Below, in pieces: positions 9,160-19,862 of a stretch of DNA of 64,000 nt. The DNA comes from Candidatus Nomurabacteria bacterium. Its GTDB lineage: Bacteria; Patescibacteriota; Saccharimonadia; Saccharimonadales; VXPC01. The notes below the pieces were generated by a model. It worked only from the letters and a program-made list of their open reading frames with translations, had not been told where the DNA came from and made no database searches. Location of the stretch: contig JACKGQ010000001.1 of assembly GCA_020631905.1 (NCBI GenBank), positions 357,854-421,853 on the forward strand, read 5' to 3'. The translations under genes were made by a program, and so were the position numbers. Every line of letters begins with the position of its first letter. Positions within the stretch are counted from its first letter, which is position 1.

Positions 9160-10917
9160 ATGGCCAGGAAGATCGAAATCGATAACATGGTGACAGTTGG
9201 CAGCCTCGCTACCGAACTGGATTTACCAGCAACCAAATTGATTACCGAGCTGTTTAAAAACGGCATAATGGTAACTATCAACGAGAAAATTGATATCGAT
9301 ACTGCGTCGATCTTAGTTGATGAGCTTGGCCTAGAAGTAGAGCTAGCTCCTCGTCAGATTCCTGCTTCCGAAATATCAAAGCCTACTCAAAGCCAGAGGC
9401 AGAATCCAAAACTCGAACCACGTCCACCCGTCGTGGCAGTTATGGGGCATGTTGATCATGGCAAAACTAGCCTGCTCGATAAGATTCGTTCCAGTAATGT
9501 CGTGGCCGGAGAAGCTGGTGGCATCACTCAACATATCTCTGCCTATCAAGTAGAGCGTAAAGACCGCAAAATTACATTTCTTGATACACCTGGTCACGAG
9601 GCATTTGCGGCCATTCGTGAACACGGGGCAGTACTTACAGACTTGGCAATAATAGTAGTTGCCGCCGATGATGGTCTTAAGCCTCAGACACTCGAAGCGA
9701 TTAGGTTTGCAACCAAAGCTGGTGTAAAAATGGTCTTTGCTGCCAATAAAATCGACAAAGAAGGTGCCAACATTGATAGGCTTAAGCAACAGTTAGCTGA
9801 GCAAAATTTGCTACCAGAAGACTGGGGAGGACAGACGATTGTTGTACCGGTTTCGGCTAAAACTGGCGAAGGAGTCGATAAGCTTCTAGACATGGTCTTA
9901 CTAGTTGCAGACCTGGAAGGCTTAGAAGCCGATAGCCATGGACCAGCCGAGGGCTTGGTAATCGAAGCTCATATGGAAAAGGGTCTAGGCCCCGTAGCTA
10001 CTGCCATGATCCAACAAGGTGTACTCAATCAGGGAGATTTTCTGGTGGCTGGATCTGTGTATGCAAAAGTTAAGGTTTTGAACGATTCACGAGGTCAAGA
10101 AATCAAGTCGGCCGGGCCATCGACTCCAGTCCAAATTAGTGGGTTTAAGTCTTTGCCAGAATTTGGTGATTCTTTCCATGTAGTTGCTAATGAAAAAGAA
10201 GCAAAAGCACAATCTATGGCAAACGTTAAGTCAGATGCACACTCAAGCAACATGACCAGCACAGAGATGCTACGGATTATTAGTCGTCGGACTACAGTTG
10301 ATGAGCTCAAGGTATTAATAAAAGCAGATGTCCAGGGCTCCTTGGCGTCTGTGATCGACAGCATCAAATCAATCGATAACGACGAGATTTCGACCAGAAT
10401 TGTGGGTTCGGGTGTAGGTAATATCAACGAGAACGATGTCCGTACTGCTGCTGCGTCGGGTGCAATTATTTATGGATTTAATTTAACTTTGCCACCAGCC
10501 ACAAAGCGCTTAGCTACTGAAAATAACGTGTCCGTCAGATTATTTAAGATAATTTATGAGCTTCTAGACGACATCCGAGCCGAACTCGAAAATATGCTAT
10601 CTCCGGAACTAGTAACAACCGAACTAGGCACGCTCAAAGTTAAGGGTATCTTTAAGACTACAAAAACAGAAGTCATTGCGGGAGGAGAAGTTCTAAAAGG
10701 CACCCTTAGGTCGCCGGCAAAAGCTCGTGTGATACGCGACAAGCAAGAGATTGCGAAAGTCGAAGTAACAGGCCTAAAGCGTGGTCCGCAAGATGCTAGT
10801 GAGGTCCAAGAGGGCGAGCTGTGTGGCATTGATCTAGTTACCGAAAACCGACTCCAGCTAGAAGAGGGCGATCGCCTCGAACTTTACACCGAAGAACTTA
10901 AAGACCGCAAGCTATAA
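9160..10917 (+). CDS. infB: translation initiation factor IF-2
   Basis: GTPase motifs GHVDHGKTSLLD, DTPGHEAF, NKID and SAKTG, plus IF2 C-terminal domains. SD aaggagg upstream. Confidence 0.95.
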   Translation: MARKIEIDNMVTVGSLATELDLPATKLITELFKNGIMVTINEKIDIDTASILVDELGLEVELAPRQIPASEISKPTQSQRQNPKLEPRPPVVAVMGHVDHGKTSLLDKIRSSNVVAGEAGGITQHISAYQVERKDRKITFLDTPGHEAFAAIREHGAVLTDLAIIVVAADDGLKPQTLEAIRFATKAGVKMVFAANKIDKEGANIDRLKQQLAEQNLLPEDWGGQTIVVPVSAKTGEGVDKLLDMVLLVADLEGLEADSHGPAEGLVIEAHMEKGLGPVATAMIQQGVLNQGDFLVAGSVYAKVKVLNDSRGQEIKSAGPSTPVQISGFKSLPEFGDSFHVVANEKEAKAQSMANVKSDAHSSNMTSTEMLRIISRRTTVDELKVLIKADVQGSLASVIDSIKSIDNDEISTRIVGSGVGNINENDVRTAAASGAIIYGFNLTLPPATKRLATENNVSVRLFKIIYELLDDIRAELENMLSPELVTTELGTLKVKGIFKTTKTEVIAGGEVLKGTLRSPAKARVIRDKQEIAKVEVTGLKRGPQDASEVQEGELCGIDLVTENRLQLEEGDRLELYTEELKDRKL

Positions 10918-10951
10918 CTATGCTAGAATACAAATCATAAGGGGAAATACT

Positions 10952-11401
10952 ATGTTCAAACTAGACAATAACTTCCTAAACGATATCGGCCTTGGCAGTC
11001 TACCCGACCAAGATAAGGCTGCTATGCTTCGTCATATTTACGAAACTTTAGAGTTGCGCGTAGGTATGCGTCTTGCCGAGCAGATGACAGATGCCCAACT
11101 AGATGAATTCGAAGCTTTTATCGACAAGAACGATGAGGCTGGAGCCAAGCAGTGGCTAGATACCAATTTGCCTCAGTACAAACAAGTTGTCGCCGAAGAG
11201 CTGGAAAAACTAAAGAATGAAATCAAGGCCAGTGCTCCACAAATTCTGGCCGCTAATCAACAGGCGGCAGCCCAAGCTACGCAAGCTCAGGCTCCTATTA
11301 CACAGCCTCAAGCGCCAGTGGATAATATGGCTCAAATGCCTCCGCAACAGCCACAACCTCAACCAGCACAAGATCAACCACAGCCACCAATGGCTGCTTA
11401 G
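10952..11401 (+). CDS. hypothetical protein (DUF5663-like) with Q/P-rich tail
   Basis: 149 aa. The N-terminal pattern LPDQDKAAMLRHIYETLELRVGMRLAEQMTDAQLDEFE resembles a small family common in CPR genomes (from memory). The C-terminus is low-complexity, PQQPQPQPAQDQPQPP. Confidence 0.55.
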   Translation: MFKLDNNFLNDIGLGSLPDQDKAAMLRHIYETLELRVGMRLAEQMTDAQLDEFEAFIDKNDEAGAKQWLDTNLPQYKQVVAEELEKLKNEIKASAPQILAANQQAAAQATQAQAPITQPQAPVDNMAQMPPQQPQPQPAQDQPQPPMAA

Positions 11402-11404
11402 GCT

Positions 11405-12331
11405 TTAATGTAGATATCCGTTAATAAATTCAACTGCCGTCATCTCTGACCTTCCAACAGGCTTAAGAGTTTGGACACATAAATAACCACTTCCAGTTTC
11501 GATAGCAAGTAGGTTTGCTTCTTCGACAATCCAGTATTCACCAGCTTTTTTTGACTGGTCATTAGATGGTACACCGTACGCACTCGTAATAGTTACTTCT
11601 GTCCCGTTGATGGTTGTTTTGCTGCCTGGCCATTCGGCTAATGCCCTGATTTCGCGTTCAAGTTGTTCTGCGGATTTTGAAAAATCAAGCCGAGAGTCCT
11701 CTTTGGTTAGCATTTTTGTGTAGCTGGCACGTGATTCGCTTTGCGGGGTGGCTTTAATTGAACCATCAAAAATACCAGGCAAAACATTTATTAGGAGTGT
11801 CGCTCCCAAGCTATCTAGAGAGTCGGTTAGCTGGGCCTTCGACTCTTTACCGGTAAGTATCTGGATCGCTTGGGCGAATATCGGCCCAGAGTCCATGCCG
11901 CTTGTGAGCTTCATGATACTTACGCCAGTTTCTTTATCTCCATTAAGTATGGCAGTTTCGATTGGAGTTGTACCGCGATATTTTGGCAACAAAGAAGGGT
12001 GAATGTTGATAATCCCATGTTTAAAATGGTTTATAACGGCCTGATCAATGATCATCCCAAACGCCGCTAAAATAGCCACTTCTGATGTAAATGTGTTGCA
12101 TATCTCCAGAAGCTGCGTCTTATCACTCAGTCTAATTATCGGTACATTATTCTTGTTGGCTATGTTTACGATTGCCGGTTCGTTTGGCTGTCGGCTTTTT
12201 TGGGGTCGAGCTTTGATGACAAGTGCTTCTATCGGATAACCGCTATCAATAAGACTTTGAAACGCATGCACAGAAGATGGTTGGCGAGTCGAGCTCAGCT
12301 GCTCATTGCCGAAAAATACAACGCTATTCAT
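11405..12331 (-). CDS. fmt: methionyl-tRNA formyltransferase
   Basis: INIHPSLLPKYRG formyltransferase motif and a C-terminal Fmt domain. Overlaps the def stop by 8 nt. Confidence 0.9.
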   Translation of the reverse strand: MNSVVFFGNEQLSSTRQPSSVHAFQSLIDSGYPIEALVIKARPQKSRQPNEPAIVNIANKNNVPIIRLSDKTQLLEICNTFTSEVAILAAFGMIIDQAVINHFKHGIINIHPSLLPKYRGTTPIETAILNGDKETGVSIMKLTSGMDSGPIFAQAIQILTGKESKAQLTDSLDSLGATLLINVLPGIFDGSIKATPQSESRASYTKMLTKEDSRLDFSKSAEQLEREIRALAEWPGSKTTINGTEVTITSAYGVPSNDQSKKAGEYWIVEEANLLAIETGSGYLCVQTLKPVGRSEMTAVEFINGYLH

Positions 12332-12908
12332 CTTGAAGAATCCCAGACTGCTTTACTTGTTCAAGTACAACTGGCTCCATTTCACCTTTATCATTAATAA
12401 TTCGAAATCCATTTTTTAAATCCTCGACACGATCAACTATCGTAATTCCTTTTGTGTGGTCTACCTCATGCTGAACTACCCGGGCTAGAAATCCATCTGC
12501 ATTAAACCTAACTTCCTGGCCTTCAACCGTAGTTGCTTTTACGCGAACCTTCGAATACCTAGGGACTTTTGCATAGTAGTCCTTTACACTCAAACAGCCC
12601 TCAAAGTTTTCAACGATTTCGCCTTCGTATTTAACGATCTCTGGGTTAATAAGTGCAATATAGTTTTGATTATTGTGATCATCGAAATCTTCTCGGATAA
12701 TCACAACTTTCCATAACTCGTCTATCTGTACCGCAGCGAGCCCCACAGTTACTTCGTGTTCTCTGGAGATATCCCAGGCATTGGCTTGATCTGTCATAGT
12801 CTGGATTAGTTCGATAATTTGCTCGTTTATTAAACCGACTTTTCTAGAGGCTTGTCTCAAAGACGAATTTGGCAAAGTAATTATTTTGGATTTTGGCTGA
12901 ACAGACAT
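12324..12908 (-). CDS. def: peptide deformylase
   Basis: The three PDF motifs are present: GLAAVQI, EGCLS and QHEVDH. Confidence 0.9.
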   Translation of the reverse strand: MSVQPKSKIITLPNSSLRQASRKVGLINEQIIELIQTMTDQANAWDISREHEVTVGLAAVQIDELWKVVIIREDFDDHNNQNYIALINPEIVKYEGEIVENFEGCLSVKDYYAKVPRYSKVRVKATTVEGQEVRFNADGFLARVVQHEVDHTKGITIVDRVEDLKNGFRIINDKGEMEPVVLEQVKQSGILQDE

Positions 12909-12938
12909 AGCTAAATTATAACAGATTAACAGGGGTAC

Positions 12939-14843
12939 TTAAAATAACTGTGTGGGATCCAGGTCAAAATACTCCTGGCTTCCAAGCACTTGCTTAACTT
13001 CTAGCAGTTTACTGCGTTTTCGGCTTAGAGTCTGGAGTGTCCACTCATAGTATTTTGAATGTTTTTCAATTAAGGCGGGAGCCGGACCGATAATCTCAAT
13101 ACCAGGGATATTACCTATCTTTTTGGCAACGGCTAGGGCAGCAGTCTCAACCCCTGACTCAGTTTTTCGGCGGATTCGAATATTCGCCATGTATCTGAAA
13201 GGTGGTAGTTTTGCATTTCGCCGATTTTCAATTTCGTTTTGGTAGAAACCATTCCAATCCTCTCTAGCCGCTAGTTGAATTGTGGGATTACTGGGATTGT
13301 GAGTTTGTAGATAGACGGCAGTATGTTCGATATGACCACGTCCAACCCTGCCAATTAGCTGTAAAATTTGCTGGAACATCTTTTCGTCGGCTCGGTAATC
13401 TGGTATTGCTAGTACCGATTCAGATTTAATTACCACGACAGTCTGGAGCAGGGGAAGGTCCAGACCCTTACTTAGAATCTGAGTGCCAACTAAGACTGTA
13501 TTTGGCTTATTTCTGAGCTTAGACAGCTGGCTGTAGAGAGCATCGCGTTTGTTGGTATCGCTATCAAAACGTACAACTTTGGCACCAGGCAAGGCAGACT
13601 GAATGTCTGCCTCTAGCTGCTTGATCCCCGGCACAGTATAGCGCAGTGGGTTTTGGCATTCAGGGCATACCGATCTAGGCTGTCGTTTGTAGCCGCAGGT
13701 ATGACAGATCAACAGATTCTTATCCCGATGTAGCACCAATGCTGTAGAACAATTTGCACAGCGCTCCTCGAAGTCGCATAATTCACACGCCACTAAACGA
13801 CTAGAGCCGCGGCGGTTAAAGAATACCAAGGCCTGATTTCCTTGTTCGAGCGCACTCTCAATAGCTCGAAGGCATTTTTTGGACATAAGTCTTTCTGGTT
13901 CCTTGCGCATATCGACTATATCTACCCGTGCTGCCTGTGCCGGTAAAGCCTTTTTACTCATACTAACAATCGGGTAGCTTGCAAGCTTAAAGTAATAGTA
14001 ATCTCCGACATTTGGACTGGCAGATCCACATACGAGTGTGGCTCTACTGGCTTTCGCTAACAAGCTTACGGCGTGGAGTGCGTGGTACCGGGGATCGTTA
14101 TCTTGTTTGTATGAGTCATCATGAAACTCATCCATCACAATTAACCCAAGATTACGGATAGGTAGGAAAATACTTGAGCGTGGCCCTACAATGACTAGGG
14201 GTTTATCAGAAGCCAGACAGTTGCCCCAAACTTGCTGTCTTTGTTTTGGTGTTAAGCTAGAGTGAGTAAAAATTGTGTTCAACGGAAATGCTTTAGCTAC
14301 CTCTGTTGCAAGCTGTGATCCCAGGCCGACTTCCGGCGACAATAGTAGGCAAGAGCGACCGCTTGCTAGTTGCTCGCGAACTAGTTCTAGGTAGACACGT
14401 GTTTTTCCAGACCCTGTTACTCCATGCAGCAAAACCGGCTTACTATCATTATCGCGGATGAGTTTGATAGCTTGCTGCTGCTCGTGTGTTAGTTCGGGTA
14501 ACGACACAGGCTTTGTCTGTCTACCCGGCATTTCGATTTTTACTGGCTTTGTTTCGATATGGCTCAAGAGCAATTGAGCGACTCCAGATAGGTCTATTCC
14601 TGAATTCCGAGCAAGCGTTAGGGTAGACGTCAGTAATGGCCTAGGTATGACTAGGTTGCTCTCCGGAATACATTCTTTTGCGGCCGAATACGCAGTTGAA
14701 TTATTTACAACGACACCTTTAAGAAATTGATTTCTAAAAGGAACCTTAACAATTTGACCTTCAGTTAGTTTGAGGCTACTTTTATAGGTGAATAATTGGT
14801 TATGCTTCGTCTTTGACGCAACCAGCACATCGTAATAATTCAT
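12939..14843 (-). CDS. priA: primosomal protein N' (replication restart helicase PriA)
   Basis: Walker A GVTGSGKT, a DEFH box and a Cys-rich zinc region (CELCDFEERCANC...CHTCG...CPECQ). Lies upstream of def-fmt on the same strand. Confidence 0.9.
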   Translation of the reverse strand: MNYYDVLVASKTKHNQLFTYKSSLKLTEGQIVKVPFRNQFLKGVVVNNSTAYSAAKECIPESNLVIPRPLLTSTLTLARNSGIDLSGVAQLLLSHIETKPVKIEMPGRQTKPVSLPELTHEQQQAIKLIRDNDSKPVLLHGVTGSGKTRVYLELVREQLASGRSCLLLSPEVGLGSQLATEVAKAFPLNTIFTHSSLTPKQRQQVWGNCLASDKPLVIVGPRSSIFLPIRNLGLIVMDEFHDDSYKQDNDPRYHALHAVSLLAKASRATLVCGSASPNVGDYYYFKLASYPIVSMSKKALPAQAARVDIVDMRKEPERLMSKKCLRAIESALEQGNQALVFFNRRGSSRLVACELCDFEERCANCSTALVLHRDKNLLICHTCGYKRQPRSVCPECQNPLRYTVPGIKQLEADIQSALPGAKVVRFDSDTNKRDALYSQLSKLRNKPNTVLVGTQILSKGLDLPLLQTVVVIKSESVLAIPDYRADEKMFQQILQLIGRVGRGHIEHTAVYLQTHNPSNPTIQLAAREDWNGFYQNEIENRRNAKLPPFRYMANIRIRRKTESGVETAALAVAKKIGNIPGIEIIGPAPALIEKHSKYYEWTLQTLSRKRSKLLEVKQVLGSQEYFDLDPTQLF

Positions 14844-14923
14844 ACATTCATTGTAGTTCGAAAAAAAATCTTGCCAAATTCAAAATGATTCGGCATACTG
14901 TTGTGTGAAAGACAATAGAGGTT

Positions 14924-15226
14924 ATGTTAGACGTATTTATTACATCACGAGTTCGACGAAAAATTGTAGTTGTGTACGCCAAGTACCCAGACTTCAAAAC
15001 ACACGTTCGGGGTCTTGCTAAACTTATCAAAGAAGATGCAGGCAACATTCAGCGTGAGCTCAAACGACTCGAGAAAACAGGCTTTTTAGTAAGCGAAAAG
15101 CAAGGTAATACCAAGGTGTACTCAACTAACAAACACTTTATTATATTTAAAGAACTCCAAAGCATTGTTTTAAAAACTCAAAAACCATCAACCCGCCGAA
15201 GTGGTACTGGTGGCATGACAATCTAG
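14924..15226 (+). CDS. small winged-helix (ArsR/MarR-like) transcriptional regulator
   Basis: 100 aa. The pattern HVRGLAKLIKEDAGNIQRELKRLEKTGFLVSEKQGNTKVY fits a wHTH recognition helix plus wing. Confidence 0.6.
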   Translation: MLDVFITSRVRRKIVVVYAKYPDFKTHVRGLAKLIKEDAGNIQRELKRLEKTGFLVSEKQGNTKVYSTNKHFIIFKELQSIVLKTQKPSTRRSGTGGMTI

Positions 15227-15273
15227 GCCTACTAGTTTAGATACTTGCAATAATCTTACCCCTATAGTAAACT

Positions 15274-15480
15274 GTGCAATCGATGATACAAGTTACCCGC
15301 AAAGATGGAAAAGAATCGGCCGATGCAATGTTGCGTCGTTTTACCCGCAAAGTTCAGCAATCTGGTGTTTTAGCTGCCGCAAAAAATCAGCAGTTTCACA
15401 CCAAGCCACTTAGCAAAGTCGAACGTCGTAAATCTGCCATTGCCCGAAAGAATTACAAGGCTAAAACCGGGAAGCGCTAA
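15274..15480 (+). CDS. rpsU: 30S ribosomal protein S21
   Basis: S21-like sequence ...VTRKDGKESADAMLRRFTRKVQQSGVL... with a basic C-terminus. The start is either GTG 15274 or ATG 15283. Confidence 0.85.
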   Translation: MQSMIQVTRKDGKESADAMLRRFTRKVQQSGVLAAAKNQQFHTKPLSKVERRKSAIARKNYKAKTGKR

Positions 15481-15483
15481 GCC

Positions 15484-15918
15484 ATGCAGCGCCTGGATGC
15501 AGAGCTAAAGCAGGCACTGATTAGCCGCGACCAAGTTCGAGTTGATGTATTAAAGATGCTTAAGAGCGCCGTAAATCTCGAGCAAAAAGAAAAGCAAGAT
15601 TATGATCAGTCCGACTTCATTGCCACCGTACGCAAACAAATAAAAATGCGCACAGATGCAATTGAGCTGTATATGCAAGCAGGACGTGATGACCATGCCA
15701 AAAAAGAGACTGCCGAGGTGGCCGTACTCGAAGAGTTTCTACCTAAGCAACTAACCGAGCCTGAACTGCTAGCAGTGATTCAAGAAGTAGCAAAAACAAA
15801 CGATATCGCCTTCGAGAAACAGAATATGGGCAGGCTAATCGGTTTAGTTGTCGGCAAAGTGGGTGAAAGCGCCAGTAAGGCAGACATTGCTAAGGCAATT
15901 AACTCTAGGCTAAACTAG
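15484..15918 (+). CDS. GatB/YqeY domain-containing protein
   Basis: LKQALISRDQVRVDVLKMLKSAV... is the typical YqeY N-terminus. 144 aa. Confidence 0.8.
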   Translation: MQRLDAELKQALISRDQVRVDVLKMLKSAVNLEQKEKQDYDQSDFIATVRKQIKMRTDAIELYMQAGRDDHAKKETAEVAVLEEFLPKQLTEPELLAVIQEVAKTNDIAFEKQNMGRLIGLVVGKVGESASKADIAKAINSRLN

Positions 15919-15922
15919 TAGA

Positions 15923-16462
15923 ATGTTTATTATTTCAGGACCACCCGGAGCCGGTAAGACTACCCAAGCAAGACTTCTGTCAGAGCGGTCTGACTTTATC
16001 TGGATATCAGCTGGAAATTTATTACGCAACCAGGCAAAGGGCGAGGAATTAGCCGAAATGCTCGACGGAGAGCTAGTCGACGACGATTATGTCGATAAAC
16101 TTGTAAGTACTGAGTTGGATAAATATCAAGAAGACCATAGCCGAGTTATGCTCGACGGTTTTCCGAGAGATTTCTACGAGGCTCGATGGTTGGTAGAGAC
16201 ATACGGTGCCGATGTTGTCGGATACATCATTATCCAGGTTGACGAAGCCGAGATAAGACGTCGCATGCAATTGCGCGGTCGTCAGGACGACAACGCAGAG
16301 GCTATAGAAGAACGCATCAAGATATTCCATAAACAGACAGAGCACGTGGCCGAATATTTTGCCGAACAACTGACGCCTATCTATATTGTTGATGGTAATA
16401 GCGATGTGGAGTCAGTATATTCACAAATAAAACAGATAGTTGAAGAAAATGGGCAGAATTAA
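15923..16462 (+). CDS. adk: adenylate kinase (short form, no zinc lid)
   Basis: P-loop GPPGAGKTTQ, GFPR motif and RGRQDDN. Confidence 0.8.
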   Translation: MFIISGPPGAGKTTQARLLSERSDFIWISAGNLLRNQAKGEELAEMLDGELVDDDYVDKLVSTELDKYQEDHSRVMLDGFPRDFYEARWLVETYGADVVGYIIIQVDEAEIRRRMQLRGRQDDNAEAIEERIKIFHKQTEHVAEYFAEQLTPIYIVDGNSDVESVYSQIKQIVEENGQN

Positions 16463-17210
16463 AACCGACCAGCAAATTGCCGCCATGCGTGAATCGGGTT
16501 TAATTTTAACCTCAGTTCTAGATATGCTAACGGCAAAAATCACTCCTGGTATATCCGGTAAAGAACTCGCCAAAATGGCTCGCGATGAAATCAAAAGACT
16601 GGGGGGAGAACCGGCTTTTCTTGGTGTAAAGAATATGCCTGGACTGCCAGATTTCCCAGATGTTATATGTATTTCAATCGCAGACGAAGTTCAGCACGGA
16701 ATTCCTAGCGAACGAATAGTCAATGAAGGAGATGCGGTCAATCTCGATCTGGGTGTTCGCTACAAAGACATGATTACGGACGCTGGTAGAACGGTGTGTG
16801 CTGGTCAACCAAGCAAAGATGTAGCCAGATTAATTAACGGTACCAAAGAGGCGCTTGCTGCAGGTTTGAAGCAAGTAAAAGCCGGTGCTTATGTTTCGGA
16901 CATATCCGAGGCTATAGAAGCGGTTCTGGAGAGACATCGACTAGGAATCGTTCTTGAGTTAGTCGGTCATGGTGTTGGTGAAAAGCTTCATGAGGATCCA
17001 GAGATCCCTAATTATTTAGCCTATGCGCGTCCTTACCAGCTTCAGGCGGGAGAAACAATTGCTATCGAACCGATCGCTACACTTGGCAGCGGTCAAATAT
17101 ATATTCATGAAGATGGCTGGACGATTCTGTCGGCCGATCGTACTCAAGCTTCGCAACATGAGCATACGGTCCTAGTTACAGATAAGGGTTACGAGATAAT
17201 CGCACGCTAG
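16440..17210 (+). CDS. map: type I methionine aminopeptidase
   Basis: MetAP fold with a metal-ligand pattern (GDAVNLDLG, DMITDAGRT, GHGVG, IAIEP, HEHTVLVT). Overlaps the adk end by 23 nt. Confidence 0.9.
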   Translation: MKKMGRIKTDQQIAAMRESGLILTSVLDMLTAKITPGISGKELAKMARDEIKRLGGEPAFLGVKNMPGLPDFPDVICISIADEVQHGIPSERIVNEGDAVNLDLGVRYKDMITDAGRTVCAGQPSKDVARLINGTKEALAAGLKQVKAGAYVSDISEAIEAVLERHRLGIVLELVGHGVGEKLHEDPEIPNYLAYARPYQLQAGETIAIEPIATLGSGQIYIHEDGWTILSADRTQASQHEHTVLVTDKGYEIIAR

Positions 17211-17256
17211 GCTTGCTTGCCGAGGTAATCGCTTAAGGTTATAATTTGGTGCAGTC

Positions 17257-18474
17257 ATGCGTAACCAAAGCCTTTTTGCTGGACTAGACATTGGAACTAC
17301 AGGTGTCAGGTGTGTTGTAGGTGAACCAGACAGACTCAACGACGGAGCCTTAAGTATCATTGGTTTTGGATCTAGTCCAAACCGAGGAATGCGTAAAGGA
17401 GTAATTGTTCATCCCGAAGAGGTTGGGCAAAGTATTGCGGCTGCGGTCGAGGAGGCCGAAAGAGTGACAGGTCACCGAATTCAATCAGTAACAGTCAATG
17501 TTAACGGCAGTCATGTTGAATCGGAGACTTCACGGGGTGTGGTTGCTATTAGTAATTCAGACCGGACGGTGCATGTTGATGATCGATATCGAGTCGAGGA
17601 TGCAGCTACGATTATGCAACTACCCCCTAACAGGGAGATAATCCAGCTTTTTGCGAAGAACTATTTTATTGATGGGCAGGGTGGGATCAAAGATCCTGTT
17701 GGTATGCAAGCTGTAAGACTGGAGGTTGATGCACTAATCATGACGGCTAGCACACCGATTTTGCGGTCGCTTGACGATCTACTGACTAATAATCTGAGAC
17801 TTAACATCAATCACCATACTACCTCGGCACTAGCAGCTGCAGAGGCCGTCCTAGATAGAGAGAGCCGTGAGTCTGGATCTGCAGTTATCGATATTGGTGC
17901 GGGCACAACCAACATTGCTGTCATGGATGAAGGCGAAGTTGAGCACGTTGCGGTCATACCTGTTGGCTCGATGCATATCACGAACGATCTGGCTATTGGC
18001 TTAAGAACAGAGCTAGAAGTAGCCGAAAAAATTAAGCGCGAATATGTCGACCTAGAGCAAAAACAACGAGGTACAAAACAACTTGCTATAGGTAGAGAAC
18101 ACCTTACTTTTAGTCTAGAAGATGTTGATATGATTGTACGCGCAAGGCTAGAAGAGTTGGCTGAGCAAATCGATAAAGAGTTAAAACGCGCCGGCTACTC
18201 ACGCAAGTTACCAGGAGGCATCATTATTACTGGCGGAGGCGCTCAGCTTAGTGGTATCGAGCATATTTTGAAGGACAATCTTCAGTTAGCGGTCAGAAAA
18301 GGTAAGCTAGCCGGATTTAGTGGTCTGTCGGACTCTGTGAGTCAGTCACACTACCATACGGCAGTTGGTTTAATGACATTGGACATGCTTCTTTCGGGCA
18401 TTCAGGATGCCCATGTTAAGGGCGCTCAGTTGGATGGTCTAGGTAAGCTGAAACAAATCTTTCGTCGACGCTAA
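17257..18474 (+). CDS. ftsA: cell division protein FtsA
   Basis: Actin-like ATPase motifs GLDIGTTGVRCVV, IDIGAGTTNIAV and ITGGGAQLSGI. Immediately upstream of ftsZ. Confidence 0.9.
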   Translation: MRNQSLFAGLDIGTTGVRCVVGEPDRLNDGALSIIGFGSSPNRGMRKGVIVHPEEVGQSIAAAVEEAERVTGHRIQSVTVNVNGSHVESETSRGVVAISNSDRTVHVDDRYRVEDAATIMQLPPNREIIQLFAKNYFIDGQGGIKDPVGMQAVRLEVDALIMTASTPILRSLDDLLTNNLRLNINHHTTSALAAAEAVLDRESRESGSAVIDIGAGTTNIAVMDEGEVEHVAVIPVGSMHITNDLAIGLRTELEVAEKIKREYVDLEQKQRGTKQLAIGREHLTFSLEDVDMIVRARLEELAEQIDKELKRAGYSRKLPGGIIITGGGAQLSGIEHILKDNLQLAVRKGKLAGFSGLSDSVSQSHYHTAVGLMTLDMLLSGIQDAHVKGAQLDGLGKLKQIFRRR

Positions 18475-18569
18475 ATACTCTGAGCACAAAAAAATCGCAT
18501 TGATATAAACAACTTATTCAGTTCGTGGTACACTGGTACATATTAAAGCGAGGAGAATCCTACATAGCT

Positions 18570-19820
18570 ATGGCCAAGCAAGTTGTACCAGAGATAGAAA
18601 CGTTTGCAAGGATTAAAGTTGTTGGTGTCGGCGGAGCCGGAGGAGCAGCAGTTAACCGGATGATTGAGTCTGGGGTTCAGAATGTTGAATTTGTTGTTAT
18701 TAATACAGACGCTCAGGCCTTACATCATTCGCTAGCAGACAAAAAAGTGCATATCGGTAAAGAAACTACACGTGGTCTCGGATCTGGAGCGGATCCAATG
18801 GTCGGCCAATCAGCCGCCGAAGAATCTCGCGATGAAATTGCTAAAGTACTTGAAGGCGCTGATATGGTCTTTATCACTATTGGGGCTGGTGGTGGCACAG
18901 GTTCAGGAGCTGCTCATATCGTGGCCGACGTCGCTCACGAGCAGGGTGCGCTTGTAGTAGGCTTTGCTACTAAGCCATTCCTGTTTGAAGGTGATCGTCG
19001 TCGTCGCAATGCTGAGTTTGCAATACATCACTTAGCGAGCAATGTCGATACGCTGATAACCATCCCAAACGATCGACTTCTCCAGACAATTGACCGCAAA
19101 ACTCCTCTTCTCGAAGCTTTTAAGATTGCTGATGACGTCTTGCGTCAAGGAGTTCAGGGTATATCCGATCTAATTACCGTACACGGTGTCATTAATCTCG
19201 ACTTTGCAGACGTCAAGACGATTATGCAGAACTCTGGCTCGGCGCTTATGGGTATCGGACGTGCCAGTGGAGAAGACCGAGCGGTTGTGGCTGCTACCCA
19301 AGCAATCGAATCGCCGCTTCTTGAAGTATCTATAGATGGCGCTAGAGGCATATTGTTTAATGTTATTGGTGGTTCGGACATGGCCATGCATGAAATCAAC
19401 CAGGCCGCCGAAACAATTACAGCTGCTGCAGATCCTGACGCGAATATTATTTTTGGAGCTACAATTAACCCAGAGATCGAGGGCGAGATAATCGTAACTG
19501 TTGTAGCAACAGGATTCGACGAAGCTTACTATAATAATCGATCAAAAGCTCCTACCAAAGGTGTCGCTGACGAAGCTGCTCGTGCCGAGGCAGCAAAGCG
19601 AGGTGAGCCTCTAGACGATCATTCAGAAGTCAGAATCGAAGACCTAGCCAAAGATATCGATATGAGTCTCCAAGACGAAGGTGCTCTAAATAAAGAAGTG
19701 ATCGATAGTTTTAACACCGACAATACAGTCAACATGTGGACAGACGATGTCGAAGCAGAGCTCGATAAGCCCTCATTCTTAAGAAGATTAAAAAAGGGTA
19801 AAAAAGACAACAAGAAATAA
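18570..19820 (+). CDS. ftsZ: cell division protein FtsZ
   Basis: GVGGAGGAAVNRM, NTDAQAL and the tubulin signature GGGTGSGAA. I prefer the ATG at 18570, preceded by gaggag, over the upstream in-frame start at 18525. Confidence 0.95.
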   Translation: MAKQVVPEIETFARIKVVGVGGAGGAAVNRMIESGVQNVEFVVINTDAQALHHSLADKKVHIGKETTRGLGSGADPMVGQSAAEESRDEIAKVLEGADMVFITIGAGGGTGSGAAHIVADVAHEQGALVVGFATKPFLFEGDRRRRNAEFAIHHLASNVDTLITIPNDRLLQTIDRKTPLLEAFKIADDVLRQGVQGISDLITVHGVINLDFADVKTIMQNSGSALMGIGRASGEDRAVVAATQAIESPLLEVSIDGARGILFNVIGGSDMAMHEINQAAETITAAADPDANIIFGATINPEIEGEIIVTVVATGFDEAYYNNRSKAPTKGVADEAARAEAAKRGEPLDDHSEVRIEDLAKDIDMSLQDEGALNKEVIDSFNTDNTVNMWTDDVEAELDKPSFLRRLKKGKKDNKK

Positions 19821-19862
19821 CGTCCCAACTTCTTAAAATGATGCGTATTATACAATTGCAAA